A DNA stretch of 64,000 nt from Acidobacteriota bacterium. GTDB taxonomy: Bacteria > Acidobacteriota > Blastocatellia > Pyrinomonadales > Pyrinomonadaceae. Every line of letters starts with the position of its first letter. Position 1 is the first letter of the stretch. The stretch is taken from NCBI GenBank assembly GCA_016703965.1, contig JADJBB010000005.1, forward strand, positions 1,471 to 65,470, in the 5' to 3' direction. Below, one piece after another: positions 28,985 to 42,911 of this stretch. Position numbers and translations under genes: made by a program. Under the pieces are notes generated by a model that was not told the origin of the DNA, did not search any database, and saw only the letters and a program-made list of their open reading frames with translations.

Positions 28985-29511
28985 ACGGCGGATAGCTCCG
29001 ACTTTCTAGTTTTTAATAGCAACCATTATCCGAAGGAATGCTCTCTAGATTTCGCTATCAAAAGGTGGAAGCCGCCGGTCGCTCGCGCCTTACAGCCCCG
29101 AAGCGTTCTCGATCCTTCAACCCTGTTTTCCTTGAATATCATTGCATCTCAGCAATGTCATAACATACATAGGGCAAGTCAGGCAATTTGCTCTAAGTCA
29201 ATAGGTTTTGGCCAGGTGGTGATCCCGACGCTGGAAGCCCCTCCAACATAGGACCTTCTGCTGCTGGTACGTCCAACTGCGGGGCGTAAGAATCCTAGTT
29301 GCAGAGGAGGGGGCAAAGGGGTAGGCAAAATCGACGACGAGATAACACTGATTATTCTTCAGGCAACTGTCAAAAAATGACAGGCCTTTGCAATAGAAGT
29401 GATAGAACATGGAACTGATATGGTTACTCTAAGTCAATTGGTTTACGAGGGCTGCCATCTCAAACATCGGAGTCCAAATTGCTGAACGGCTCACAAGGAG
29501 AATATGTGAAA

Positions 29512-30553
29512 TCAGTTGCGGTATAGTGAAATGCTTCCATCATCCGATCCCGCCGCAACGATATTAGACGAAGAATACGCAAGTGCAGTTATGGGCCTTC
29601 CAGTGCTATAGGTCTTTTTTTATGTGACGCCTTTCAACATCAAAAACAGCGATGTTTGAATTGATCGAGTTGGGAAATGCAGATATCAGCTGTTTTCCGT
29701 CGGCAGAAAACGTCAAGCCCTCACCCACCGGATGAGATTCAAAGATTTTCGATGTCCATTTCTTTGTATTAAGCAACTTAAGCACTAATCGACCTATGCC
29801 CCGTTGATTCTTGATGCCTGCAACCGCAAGCACCTTACCATCCGACGAGAAATCGACATCGAAGATTCCCGATAGTGTCGAATCCCGATGTAGTTCACGA
29901 CCATTTTGGCTATTCAACACGTAAAATGTGCCGAAGTCCTTCGGGCCACTTACGCCTTTTCCAGTTCCTATCACGATCATTGATCCATCAGGTGAAAAAG
30001 AGCTGGCAGAAATCCCAGAGTCTAACGTTAAAAAACTAGGATTTAGCACTTTAATCTCTTTAATATTTCGGAGGTCAAGAAGCTTAACAACTCCTATATC
30101 TAATCCAACTATCAACGTTTTATCGTCAGGCGACACTGCAAGTGACGTTATTAACGCCTTTGTTGGGTCGCTTTCGGTGTAGGTCGAAATTTGATTTTCC
30201 GCCTGAACATCCCAAACCGACAGCACTGATTTTCCGTTCTTTACACTCGCCGAAAAAAGAAACTTCCCAGAATGTGAAAATTCTACATCGATCACATCCG
30301 ATCCGTTATTTGTTTCAAATAAGACGTTCCACGATTCGGTGCTCCACACACTGATCTTCCCCCCAGCTCCAGCTGCGGAAAGCATGCTTCCATCTTTTGA
30401 AAAAGCCAGATCGTGAACAAAGTCTTTCAGTGACAATTTCGGTAGCTTCTTGGCACTCAATATATGAGTAGATTGACAAAGGTATTCGCTTCTTAAGAAA
30501 CTGCACACAAAAAGAGCCATTGAAAAAAATATAATGGGACGAAGTAATCTCAC
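29512..30553 (-). CDS. exported WD40/beta-propeller repeat protein B (candidate immunity protein of RHS-B)
   Basis: GTG start at 30553 with a GGAGA RBS. Signal peptide MRLLRPIIFFSMALFVCSF. Blades include LAFSKDGSMLSAAGAGGKISVWS and FSPDGSMIVIGTGKG. The track ORF stops at 29606. Shortening the T7 run at 29615-29621 by one base adds a last blade (ITALAYSSSNIVAAGSDDGSISLYRN) ending at 29512. Confidence 0.7.
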
Positions 30554-30566
30554 GGTTCAATTCTCC

Positions 30567-31185
30567 TCACCTGTTAACTTCATAGCTTAATTTAACACCC
30601 CGACTGCGTAAGATGTCGTAAACCGAATATGGGTTAGTAACTGCGTCACCGCGTGTGCCAATCAATTCGACTCCGTGACCGATTGCTCCTACTATCTTTT
30701 CAGGGGATTTTTGACTTTAATATTGTACAAATCCGTATCGGCATCAAGCCCCCGTCCATCTTTGGAAAATGACGCTTGCAGATTTTCCCTTCAAGGAGCG
30801 ATTGTCCTTCCAACTATCGTCATACCCCTCATGTCCCGGAGCTCGAGAAAACCTTGGATCCTTTGATACCAGTGTTCTAAGCTCAGATCCTACTGTCGCA
30901 TATATCCTATCTGGTGCGATTCCGACAACGCTGTCAACGAACGAAAGAGCACTTCTCGACCCGCCATCAACATTAAAAGTGATAGAGGCCAGTTGAGCGG
31001 TTTGGTTTAGGAAGCCTGCAAGAGCCGCAGGATTATTTGCTGCAAGATGATCAAATAAAGCCTCACCAGTTAATTTAATAGGTTCGAGATTTTCACCAAT
31101 CATCTGCTTAACAGTAAATTCGGAATTTTCAAGAATGCGGCGCTCGTCCGCACTTAATTTGTTCCAATCAAAAGCTGGTTCTGGG
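30567..31185 (-). other. variable C-terminal toxin domain of RHS-B
   Basis: It follows NRYTYSLNNPLKIVDPSGL. The sequence TPEPAFDWNKLSADERRILENS...LTGEALFDHLAANNPAALAGFLNQTAQLASITFNVDGGS... aligns by eye with the copy A tail. The last ~60 codons are only readable after further frame shifts (..DADTDLYNIK.., ..GTRGDAVTNPYSVYDILRSRGVKLSYEVNR, then TGA at 30567-30569). Confidence 0.5.
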
Positions 31186-34100
31186 GTTAATCCGCTTGGG
31201 TCAACTATTTTTAACGGATTGTTTAGCGAATAAGTATATCTATTCCAATTTTGTGCATTCTTGAGATAAATATTCAAATCGCTACGGTTTGACGAGTCTA
31301 CAACTATATTGTAGGGATCGGCGCTACTGAACCGGCCCACGGAACTTCCGAAATACCTCGCCTGGGCAAAATCTAGCCCACTTTCGCTGTCCCTCTCATA
31401 ACCTGTAAACTTCTGCCTCGGGGCTGATACAGAGGACCAACCACTGCCGCTTGAACGCCCCGCACCAGACGTGACTTCTTCGCCGAATGGCATAAAGTCT
31501 CGGCGTTGCGTTACTGTTGCGGAAGAGTTCGTGACGACTCTTGGGCTACCGAGATGATCGGGCGTAAGGTACTCGGTGCCGTTTGTTGGGTCGATGACGG
31601 CGGTTAGGCCGCTGGCTCCGTAGAGATATTCTTTTGTGATCGCATTCGTAGAGCCGTTGTATTCGGCGAGAAGTTCGCCGCCGATGCCATAGACGAAGCG
31701 TGTGTTTTCGCCGACGTATTTTCTTACGCGCTTGCCTTCGCCGTCGTAGGCGTAAGCCAAAACGGTGTCGAGTTTAAGGATTTTGTTTTCGGCATCGTAG
31801 GTGTAGGCGTGGCTCGGGTCAACAGTTAGGTTGCCCGCCGCGTCGTAGCTGTAGCCGCTGGTCGTGATCCGGTTTGTTGTACTGCTGAACGTCGGGGCTG
31901 TTCCGCTTCCAACTCCCGCCGTAATGGTTCGGTTTCCATAGCGGTCGTAACCGTTCGTCTGAGTCCAGCTGGAGCCGCTTTGCTCCTGTGCGGTTGCGAG
32001 GCGATTGAGATTGTCATAGGTAAAGTCCTGCGTAAAACTCGTTCCGCCCCCGCTGTAAGCGATGCTCGTGATATTTCCATTATTCGTTGAGCTGGTGCCG
32101 TAAGTATAGCTAAGCGACATCGTAGCTCCCGACGATCCAAGTTGAATACTTGTCGGCTGAAGTCTTGTGTTGTATCCAATTGCATGAACCAGCCCATTAC
32201 CCAAGGTCTGGCTCGCAATTCCGCCCCTGAGCTGCATACGAAACGCTCGAAACACTGGCAGCCGCAAAGCTTCCTACGTTGTACGTTACAGCACTGGTGC
32301 TCAGGGATGACATTCTGCCAGCCGCGTCGAATGAATAGCTGACCGAACGCCGGGCGGTTCCATCACCCGGATAGGTTTGGCTCGTCATACCGTTAGCCAA
32401 ATCGTACGCGGCGTCTATCTCGTAGTTCGTTGTGTCAGTTCGCTGCCACTGCTCGGTTACGCGTCCCAGTTTATCGTAGGCTCGGTACGTTCCGTTCGAA
32501 CTGCTCGATCCATAAGTCACCGCAACTAGTCTTCCGATGGACGAGCCTCTTGTGTAACTCGGTGCTCCAGACGGCAGGCTTTGGCTGTCGTAGTAGAAAT
32601 AAACGGGGGCCGTAACTCCGCCATCGTTCGAATAGGTGCGAGAGGTAATTCGATTTAAGTCATCGTAAGCGTAGGAAGTCGTCCAGTTACTGCCGCTGGT
32701 TGTTCGCGGATCAACTTTGCTGGTCAGATTTCCATTTGGGTCGTAGCCATAGCTGACCGTACCCGATTCTGGATTCACCGCCTGTGTAAGTCGGCTCAGA
32801 TTGTCATAACTGAACGTTCGCGTCTGGGAGCCTTGCGGAAACCGTAAGCAGATTATTTAACACGTCGTAGGTGTAATCCGTATTCACATTCAACGTGCCG
32901 CCCGAATCCGGTTCGTAGACAGTTTTCAAGCTTCCAAGAGCATCGGTTACGGATTTTCTTTGTTTGCTGGCCTGATCTGTCACGGTTACTGTGTTTCCGC
33001 TGTATGAAGTTCCAACGGACGATCCGTCGGATGTTGCGACGGCCGTTACGCGCCCCAGTGCGTCGTAAGTGTTCTCCGCGTAGCCGTATGTCGTGTCCGA
33101 CGTAGTGCGAAACGGATTGTATGACCGTTTGATGCGCCCAACAGCATCATAGGTTTGCGTAGTTTTATATAAGTCGAACTGCCCTCATATCGCCGAGTCT
33201 CGGTCGTTCGGCCAAGGCCGTCGTAGAAACTCTCCGTTTTCAAAGCATTGTCATTGTAACTCGCCAGATCGCTGGTCGTGGTTACTTTCTTGTTCGTGTC
33301 GTCATAAGCGAAAGTGGTTTGACTCTGCTCTGACTGCCCCACCGCCCGAATGATCTGCGTCGGACGGTCGAGCGATTCCTCGTCGAGTACCCGCTCGTCA
33401 CTACGCCATTGACGTCCTGCCCATCGACCGGCATCCCGGTGTAGAAATCGAATTGAGAGGAGACCGTTTGGCTCAAACAGTTAGTAACGCTCTCGTCGCA
33501 AAGGCGTAGCTCGTCTGTGAAACGCCCGATAGCTCGGACGGAGATGTGTTAGTTGTGGCGTTTCCATTTGGCGCACCGTAGCTATCGCCATAAGCTGCCG
33601 AGGTCTCACATCCACGCGGATCGCGAATTTTCACGACGTTCCCAGCGATATCGTATCGTTGGAAGCTTTTGACCTCGCCGTCTCGCCTGCGGCGTTTTCA
33701 TAACCTTGATCGCAGTAGCGTTGCCTCGCGTCAGGTAGCTGGTAGTGTAGCCTGAATCATGGCCACTGATCGACGATCTACTGGTGAGTCCTCGTTGTAG
33801 CTGGTCGAATACTGATCGTATTCAAACTTTGTCCTCGACTTTATCGTTGAACCGGCCGAGTCACTGGAAACCCACGTCTGAGTCGGCAGATTGCGAATGT
33901 GGATCGTTCCCTGAGCCGGTGTTGCGGTCGGGGTTGGGGTCGGAGCCACGTTAATGTAATCCGTACCGTTTACGGTCGTTGCGTAATCGGTGTGAGTTCG
34001 ACGAACAAACGATCCGACTGCTCCCCGGCCCATAGTCGTACTCGAATACATCGGTCTGATTGTTGAATTGATCGAATCCTCGTGAACTGTCGTTTGGGTT

Positions 34101-35822
34101 GATAGCAGAGGTTTTCGACTTTTGGCCGTCGTCGAGAGTTGTTACGGTCTCAATGAGTCTGGGGTCGTAACCCGGTGCGTCGTCAGCCGTACCAGACCAC
34201 CAGCTGAAGGGCGATGAAGCGGTACGCTGCTCCCAGGTATAATCCACTGTACGAAGAACGGTCGATCCGTTAGTCGCATATGCCCCCTGTCTTATACTCT
34301 TTCGCCTCACGCCATTTAGTGTAGCTGTTCGCATCCGAGGTCTGACTGAATGAATAAAGAGCACTTCCGAAATACGATGATTTTTGTTTGGCAAGCAGAT
34401 TGTTGCTTGCATCGCGAGTTTCGGTGACGACAGAACTTTCAGTATTACTGTTGAAATCTGTAGGTCGTTCAATGATCAGCTTGTTCTCAAGAGTAGAGCC
34501 ATCAACGTATGTTCTTCGCTCAAGAATGCGTCGATAGACTGCGTAGTCCATGTACGTCGCCGTTGCGACCACGCCGCCGTTTGTATTTCCGTATTCACCG
34601 ACATCCCAGTCGTATTCTATAGCCCCGCCCGTTGGCAGATCGATCCGCGCGAGTTCGCCGTAACTTGTGTATTTGAATTGATAACTCTTTCCATTGGGAA
34701 GTATGACACCACTCTTAACCTCTGGATTGAAGTAGGTCGACGTCGAACCGTTAAGACTCGGAAAAAGCTAGCGTAGGTTTTCAGAGTTTGGCCAGACTTT
34801 AATACGTTCGTCAGGTTGGTTTTCGTAACAAGTATGGTTCGCGACGCTCCGCCGAAGCCTTTATAGGTTATTTTGTCGCAGAGGTCGTAGGGTCCGTCAG
34901 TATAGCCGAGAGCTATACTGACGACACGATTAAGAGAGTCCGTAACCGTGAGCGTTCCGCTGGACCCAGAGAACGTGACTTTGTTTCCGTTTCGATCCCG
35001 GATCTCGGTCAAGCTTCCGCCGACAAAAGTCCACCTGGATCCGTCCTTTAGGTACATAATTCCGGAAGCCTCTGGAACGAAATCATCTGCGTCGGCATAT
35101 GCCTCGTCAACGATGTCCGCCCCCGAAACAAAAGTCGCCGCCGAGCCGTCCGTCGTCACAAAGATCTGCCCACGGTTCTGAGCTGCTGTCGTTGGACACT
35201 GGGTACATGTTACGGGTCGTATTCTTTGGCTCTCCTCCGACGCGTGAATCACGAAACTCATATTCAGTCCCATCAGCGAGCGTTACGTTTATTCTGGACA
35301 AGGTCTTTATATAGACAGGACGGTCAGGCAAGACGTGGCTGACGCAGGTCACCGTCGCTCCGCCACCTCGTCGAATTTCGGCTCTGGCTCCCATGTATGG
35401 CGGCCGGGGATCCAGCTGTTGTAGTCGGGGTAGTTGACGATCGTGTTGTAGTCCGGATCGACTATCTCACGTCGCACATTCCATTTCTGATCGATCTGCA
35501 CTGCTAACCCGGTCGAAGCACCGCCGCGTCCTCCGACCGAGACAAGCGGCAGGCTGAAATTGAGGTTGCCGTTGTATGAGTTCACACTTTCAAAACCGCT
35601 CAACGAATACGATCCGGCGGGAGCTCCAGGGGTCAACCCGGACGGTGTTACCCCACTCAGTGCAGCCTGTGCGGACACGGACGCGGTCAGAGCGACGGAA
35701 AGTATTATCGCTACAAGAATATTTCGTGATCTGACTGACCCAGCCAAATCGGAAAAACAGGCTGTTGACAAACTAAACATGGCACACCTCTCTTTTTCTT
35801 TACCCCTGGAGAATGAAAACAA
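30567..35822 (-). pseudogene. RHS/YD-repeat polymorphic toxin, copy B (about ten frame breaks)
   Basis: The gene is fragmented into ORFs 35349..35822, 35107..35394, 34617..35273, 34270..34572, 33951..34472, 33731..34051, 33282..33476, 33046..33342, 32197..32778 and 30744..32267. All are collinear with copy A. It differs from copy A by indels and some substitutions (for example GTYGLCD versus GPYDLCD). Confidence 0.8.
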
Positions 35823-36980
35823 TGAGCGAATTAGACGATTTTCTATTCGGTTATCTCAAGACTTAGACTACGTGTCGGTCTTTGAATATCGACGATCCTG
35901 TATCGTCCCGGCTCGAGGGTCATCGGAATGCTAAGTCGGCGGCGATTTCGAGGCATCTCGACAGTGCGGAGCATTGAGCCATTGACTTGCTCCAATCTGA
36001 GCGTCATAAGAGGCAGTTCCGATCTGTTTACCATCGCAAGCAATACCGGGCCTTTTGGCCGACGGATCGTACTGGGCTCAAAACCTCTTGGACTGATCAA
36101 GATCAGTTCTGCGGTCATACGTTGTTCTACAGGAGGCGTCGCCGCAGCGGTTGCTTGAGGTGGAGTCGGCTGCGTCTTCGCGTCTGCTGTAACCGCAAGT
36201 TCCGGAACTCCACTTGTCACAAAAGTGAAAACGGATTCAGGAAGCACTTGCTTTGCCGCGAACACAGCCATCGATAAGAGGCCCAGAGCAAATATCACGA
36301 TTACAGTCGTTTTGCGGTATTTGCGTTGGTTTCGCAAATTTGCCGTTTCCTGACCAGGCAACGGGTTGAGATCGAATTCATTTTGTTTTGACATTGATAG
36401 CTCCTCTCGTCAGAGACAATTAACAGGCTGGAAATAGCGGCAAATGAATACGCCGATATCTCACTTGAGATTCGAAACGAAAAACGATTGATAAAAACTA
36501 ACGAGGTGTGTAAAATGCAGAGTTGTTGGGGCTCGCTTTTACGGACACTTCGTCCCTAAACGTGAACCGAACGCCTGATCGATAATTGGCGTTATCGATC
36601 AGGCCTTTTCAGTCCAGGTATTAATTTCAAAAACATCTTCACCGTACAACCGGCAAAGAAAAGTCGTGTGTCACCGACGGACGCACGACTTAACTAGTAA
36701 CCAAAACTCCAACCCGTAATTTTGTAAGTTTGAATTTGGAGGCACTTCGTTACCGGCTAGTTGTAAATCCTTCGGGAGATTCAAACCAGTAACGTAAAGC
36801 TGATTGCGGAAGCACTCGACATTTTTACCCCTTAATTCCTCGGTTTAGACAGCTAAAAAAGCCGCTGCCACTGTAGCAATCTCCGAAATAACCGAAGACT
36901 TCAAAAAACCTAAAGGTCGAATACCAAGAGCCTATCACCGAACCGTTAGCCGTGTCAATATCTTTTTAATCTTGTTAAAC
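31360..36980. repeat. 5.6-kb direct repeat, copy B
   Basis: Matches 21405-27029 at an offset of about 9.95 kb. Confidence 0.9.
35843..36394 (-). CDS. single-pass membrane protein encoded upstream of RHS-B
   Basis: 183 aa, identical in sequence to the copy A protein from MSKQNEF onward. Confidence 0.55.
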   Translation of the reverse strand: MSKQNEFDLNPLPGQETANLRNQRKYRKTTVIVIFALGLLSMAVFAAKQVLPESVFTFVTSGVPELAVTADAKTQPTPPQATAAATPPVEQRMTAELILISPRGFEPSTIRRPKGPVLLAMVNRSELPLMTLRLEQVNGSMLRTVEMPRNRRRLSIPMTLEPGRYRIVDIQRPTRSLSLEITE

Positions 36981-37178
36981 AAATACGGCTTCCGGAGACG
37001 GATGTCTTCGAAAACGCCTATATTTATTCTTGGCAGGGGTCATCATCCACCGGTCTACTTTGAGTTGTTGCGAAGCGCTAGAAAAGGCGTACCTTCAAAG
37101 GTTCCTCCACCAGCTGCCTCGGAACCGGTAATCATTCGCCGCCCATTTTTAGTCGCTTCATTGATCCAAAGCAGCCGA

Positions 37179-38243
37179 TTACGCCGTTTCATCGAGCCGC
37201 TTCACGGCTTCAAGTAGTAGCTTATCGTCCGTCTGGGCGTAGACGGTCGTGATGCTCATATCGGAGTGAGCAAACAGATTCTGCACGATTAGGGGATTTG
37301 TGTTTCTTCGAATCAACTCGCTCGCAAAATAGCTTCTAAGATCGTGGAAGTGATAGTTCTCCTCCCTTGTCCCACCTTTCTTGTTTATCCCTGCACTAAG
37401 GAGCGCGGAATACCAACGCTTACGGAAATCCTTAACCGGAAAGGGCAACTGATGGTCCTCGATCATAGCTTTTAGAATCTTGGTTGCGGTGGCGTTGAGC
37501 GGAACCAGACGGGGCGGCCTGCCCTTCGATCCGATGACAAAAACATGTTCATTTTCGAAATCGATAACATCTTCGGTAATCGCAACGAGTTGTCCACGCC
37601 GTAATGGAAGGTTGACTGCGAGGACTATCAGTCGATAAAGCAGCGTATCCTTCTCCAACTCAGCCCACAGGGCTTCCTTTGTTTCGGATTTAGCAGTCGT
37701 CTTCGAGGGGCGGTTCCGGTAGAGCCTTCACGTACTGCATCGGGTTGCGTTCCAGAATTCCCTCCTCACACGCTAAGCTGAAGATCTTCGACAACGTCGA
37801 CATGATCCGGTTGATCGACGCCGATGAGAGTTCACTTTCTTTCTTGCGTTTGTTCTGGCGAGTTTGGAGCTTGGTCCGGCAGTTCCGACAATCCTGAGGG
37901 CTGATGCTGGATATAGTCTGTTTCTTAAAGTATCCGAGGAGAAGTCTAATATACAGCTCCTTTGCCCTTGATTGACATTGTTCTGCTGGAAGTACGGCCG
38001 GTACTTCTGTTCGATAAATGTGGCCAGTGTGGTCGTGGTGTCTGTGACGTTATAGCTATGATCGAAGGAGGCTTTGATGATCTGCCTCTCGGCCAATTCA
38101 GCTTCTTGTTTGGTCTTGGCTTCGGGAACACTCTGATGAATGACCTTCCCTTTTAGCCGCTTATAGATCCACCATCGAGCTTTCGAGTAGTCGGGATGTG
38201 AGGATGACACTCGCTTACCGTTGTATCGTTTGTAAACAGACAT
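37179..38243 (-). mobile_element. int: tyrosine site-specific integrase, copy 2 (three frame breaks)
   Basis: ORFs 37773..38243 and 37179..37658 are collinear with int1 and differ by many substitutions. The breaks are at runs one base shorter than in int1: T3 at 37678-37680, G4 at 37707-37710 and C3 at 37965-37967. Confidence 0.8.
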
Positions 38244-38614
38244 ATTCTTCGTGAATAGATTCGCGTTGGTTCGTAGTCGAGGAGCGACAAGCCGGCTCCT
38301 CTCGCGTAGCCTTTCGCAAGTTCTATTCCGCTGACTGTTAGCCGCTTATTTACTGGGAATTAGGGGTAAAAAGGTGAAATTTGGAACGCCGGAGCATCAG
38401 TAGGTTCTTCCTCGCACCATGGTTGGTGCGTCTGTTCACCAAAATAGCTCTAACTTGAGGTGCGGAAAGTTGGTTGCAAAATGGAGGCGCTTTTTTTGAC
38501 GGGTGGTGAGTCGTAAATGTGGCAATCAAGAGGTTTAGCAACCCGCCCTCTCGTGGCTGTTTAGAAACCAAGAAAAATGGGACTTTCGAAATTCATCGAA
38601 AGCCCCATGTTTAT

Positions 38615-38664
38615 TGGTCGGGACGGCGAGATTTGAACTCACGACCTCTCGCACCCCAAGCGAT
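38615..38664 (-). other. 3' part of tRNA-Pro(GGG), second copy (att core), followed by a hairpin terminator at 38583-38602
   Basis: Identical to 18813-18857 plus GCGAT, which gives 4 of 5 pairs of the anticodon stem. There is again no D-arm or 5' acceptor strand. Confidence 0.6.
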
Positions 38665-38895
38665 TTGGGTAGGTTTGTATAATTTGTCAAAACTGCTCAA
38701 AACCTCTTAGAATCAACAGCTTACGGCTACAGGGATTCGTCGTTAATTAGCCATGATCAGGAACGCTGCAACCAACCTGCAACCAAGTCACCCAATAGAA
38801 ATCGAAGTCTTGATAGCGTGCTATTTGCGAAAAGGACCACACTTCGCTCGGGATCTCGTGAAACATAATAACATATCCTAGCCAATGCCATCCGC

Positions 38896-39217
38896 TCATT
38901 TTTCATACGTAATCTCAACACTGGCAATCGTCACAAACTCTTCCGCGTACCTTCCTTGGCGATGATCGGAACCATTAAGGGTGCCGCAACGGGGTCTGCC
39001 CGGGCAACACAGACGTTCGTAAGAAACAAATTCTGCGGCATTTTTGACACTCTGTTCGTTTGCATCGTAGGTCAGTGAATAGCCGTCGGGAAGCTGGGAT
39101 TGATTGATGGGAACAAAAGAAATCTAACCGCTCTGATATAAATCTCAAGTGGCCGTTTTGGCGCTGAGTGTCAAAATACGGAATGCACCGCGGGCTACGA
39201 CGAGGAAGATGAGCCAA
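38896..39217 (-). pseudogene. small ER.CCP-motif protein (metal-island associated), frame-broken
   Basis: Own translation: ..ISFVPINQSQLPDGYSLTYDANEQSVKNAAEFVSYERLCCPG...EEFVTIASVEITYEK, with the stop at 38896-38898. This frame has no start codon. The N-terminal part seems to lie in the frame of ORF 38975..39217. Confidence 0.3.
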
Positions 39218-39488
39218 TTATGAGGTCGGGATATTTTGAGGCTGTGAAGAAAATAAATACCCCCGCCAAGATCACTCCGAAATTAATAACCACATCGTTG
39301 GAGAGAAAGACATAGTCTGGCCTGCATGTGCGCTTCCTCGCGTTTCGCCGCGTGGTGCTTCGATGTTTTTTTTGGTGGTGACCTGAACCAAGAGACCATA
39401 AACTCAACGAGAAATTTCTGGTAGCGCTACGAATGCGGTTTTGTATAGGCCTAAAAACAGCCTGTGTTCCCTTAGCATCCAAGTCCAT
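39195..39488 (-). pseudogene. possible remnant of a cation-diffusion-facilitator-like membrane protein
   Basis: SNDVVINFGVILAGVFIFFTASKYPDLIIG continues in another frame as LIFLVVARGAFRIL. This resembles the CDF TM5-TM6 region. The fragment is short and broken. Confidence 0.25.
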
Positions 39489-39508
39489 TCGCAGAATGAA
39501 TAGCTCCG

Positions 39509-39895
39509 CTATTTGGCCTCATCAACAATTTTGAGGACTGTGCTTTCGACTTCGGTAGCAAGTTGATCGATATCGGCAGCCGGAAAAAATTCAGTAATCG
39601 AAGTCGGAAGGAGTGTGCTGAGGTATGTTTTGCCTTCCTCTACATAAACGCTGATAGGACAGGGCAGCATCAGTGAGAGCTTCACATCCTTTTTTAACAC
39701 CTCGCTCGCATATCTTGCATTGCAGATCTCGACGATATTCAAAGGTTCGCGAGGAAAGCCCTTTTCAGCGAGAGTCGCCGCCACATCGTGTGTGTACAAA
39801 ACGCGAAAGCCGTTTTCCGCCGCTTTCGTCTGGACGGCCTCAACTGCTTCGCCGAATGGTTTGTCTGTAGTTACTGTATATTCAAATGTTTTCAT
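39509..39895 (-). CDS. DUF302 domain protein
   Basis: The ATG at 39895 gives MKTFEYTVTTDKPFGEAVEAVQTKAAENGFRVLYTHDVAATLAEKGF...PCPISVYVEEGKTYL, a typical DUF302 pattern. Confidence 0.7.
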   Translation of the reverse strand: MKTFEYTVTTDKPFGEAVEAVQTKAAENGFRVLYTHDVAATLAEKGFPREPLNIVEICNARYASEVLKKDVKLSLMLPCPISVYVEEGKTYLSTLLPTSITEFFPAADIDQLATEVESTVLKIVDEAK

Positions 39896-39933
39896 GGTGA
39901 TGATGATTCTCCAATCTAAGGCGTCTCCTGTTC

Positions 39934-40173
39934 CTATTCTGAATTTCCTAAGTTGCTCGGAATATTGCGTTGGTACCACCCCCACGCGTAATTGGCCAAG
40001 GCGATCGTTAGCAAGACATTAACCGTCAGAGGAACAATATTCCATGTTGGGGCTAAAGGAATACCGAAAACCGTTATTGTTGTGCCGGATAGCAATAAAG
40101 TTGCATGGAACAGGGCGTGGAACGCCTCGAACCCACAAAAGAATTTGGCGATTTCCTTCTTTCGACTTGCCAT
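39934..40173 (-). CDS. small two-TM protein, paralog 1 (KKEIAKFF family)
   Basis: MASRKKEIAKFFCGFEAFHALFHATLLLSGTTITVFGIPLAPTWNIVPLTVNVLLTIALANYAWGWYQRN. Paralogs lie at 40193-40399 and 44717-44937. Confidence 0.55.
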   Translation of the reverse strand: MASRKKEIAKFFCGFEAFHALFHATLLLSGTTITVFGIPLAPTWNIVPLTVNVLLTIALANYAWGWYQRNIPSNLGNSE

Positions 40174-40192
40174 TTCGCCCACCAAATCGTGT

Positions 40193-40399
40193 TTACTGTC
40201 CCTTTTGGATCCAAGCGTAATAGACCAGCAAAACCAGAACGATTGCCCATACGATGGCGGCCGCGGTGTTCAATCCTCTGGTGAAGCTGATAACGCCGAA
40301 TAGCGTAAATTCGACGCCGCTAAGAGCAAAAACTCCGTGGGTCAACACCTGATTCGCCGCGACTCCGGCGAAAAATTTGGCAACTTCCTTCTTACTCAT
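40193..40399 (-). CDS. small two-TM protein, paralog 2
   Basis: The internal ATG at 40399 gives MSKKEVAKFFAGVAANQVLTHGVFALSGVEFTLFGVISFTRGLNTAAAIVWAIVLVLLVYYAWIQKGQ (68 aa). Confidence 0.55.
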   Translation of the reverse strand: MSKKEVAKFFAGVAANQVLTHGVFALSGVEFTLFGVISFTRGLNTAAAIVWAIVLVLLVYYAWIQKGQ

Positions 40400-40467
40400 G
40401 ATCTGTGTGCTCCTATGTTTCGGCCGTGATTGTCGTGTCCGAACAACATGAACGCCTAGCGTCGGAG

Positions 40468-40725
40468 CTAAGTGTTCTCGGGTTTCCCAACAGTCGTGTA
40501 GAAATAGCTCGTATCTCCCCTCTTTTTCGCGACGATAAAGTGAACGAAGTGGATCAAGAAAGCTGCCACGCCCAGGGCAAACAACATCCATCCGGCCCAG
40601 GCGGGTATCGGCTGGCCAGTTTTTAAAATCCAACCCATGGCCATGAGAATAATCCCTAAAAGGATTCCGCTTATGTCCAAAAGGGTGTAAAAGCTTGATT
40701 GTATGTATTTAAAAAGTCTACTCAT
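40468..40725 (-). CDS. small membrane protein, unknown function
   Basis: 85 aa with two to three hydrophobic helices (ISGILLGIILMAMGWIL, WMLFALGVAAFLIHFVHFIV). It lies directly downstream of ATPase-1. Confidence 0.45.
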   Translation of the reverse strand: MSRLFKYIQSSFYTLLDISGILLGIILMAMGWILKTGQPIPAWAGWMLFALGVAAFLIHFVHFIVAKKRGDTSYFYTTVGKPENT

Positions 40726-40752
40726 TTCAACCTCCTAGTCCGCATCCGCAGC

Positions 40753-42878
<2,126 letters not shown>

Positions 42879-42911
42879 AAGTCCGGTAACCCCTTCAACT
42901 AATCCAATCGA

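Noticed and set aside
21405-36980. The second RHS copy as a pure assembly duplication artefact
   Set aside because: The two copies have different flanks on both sides. They also have different toxin tails and WD40 genes, and they differ by substitutions as well as indels. Spanning reads would still be needed for certainty.
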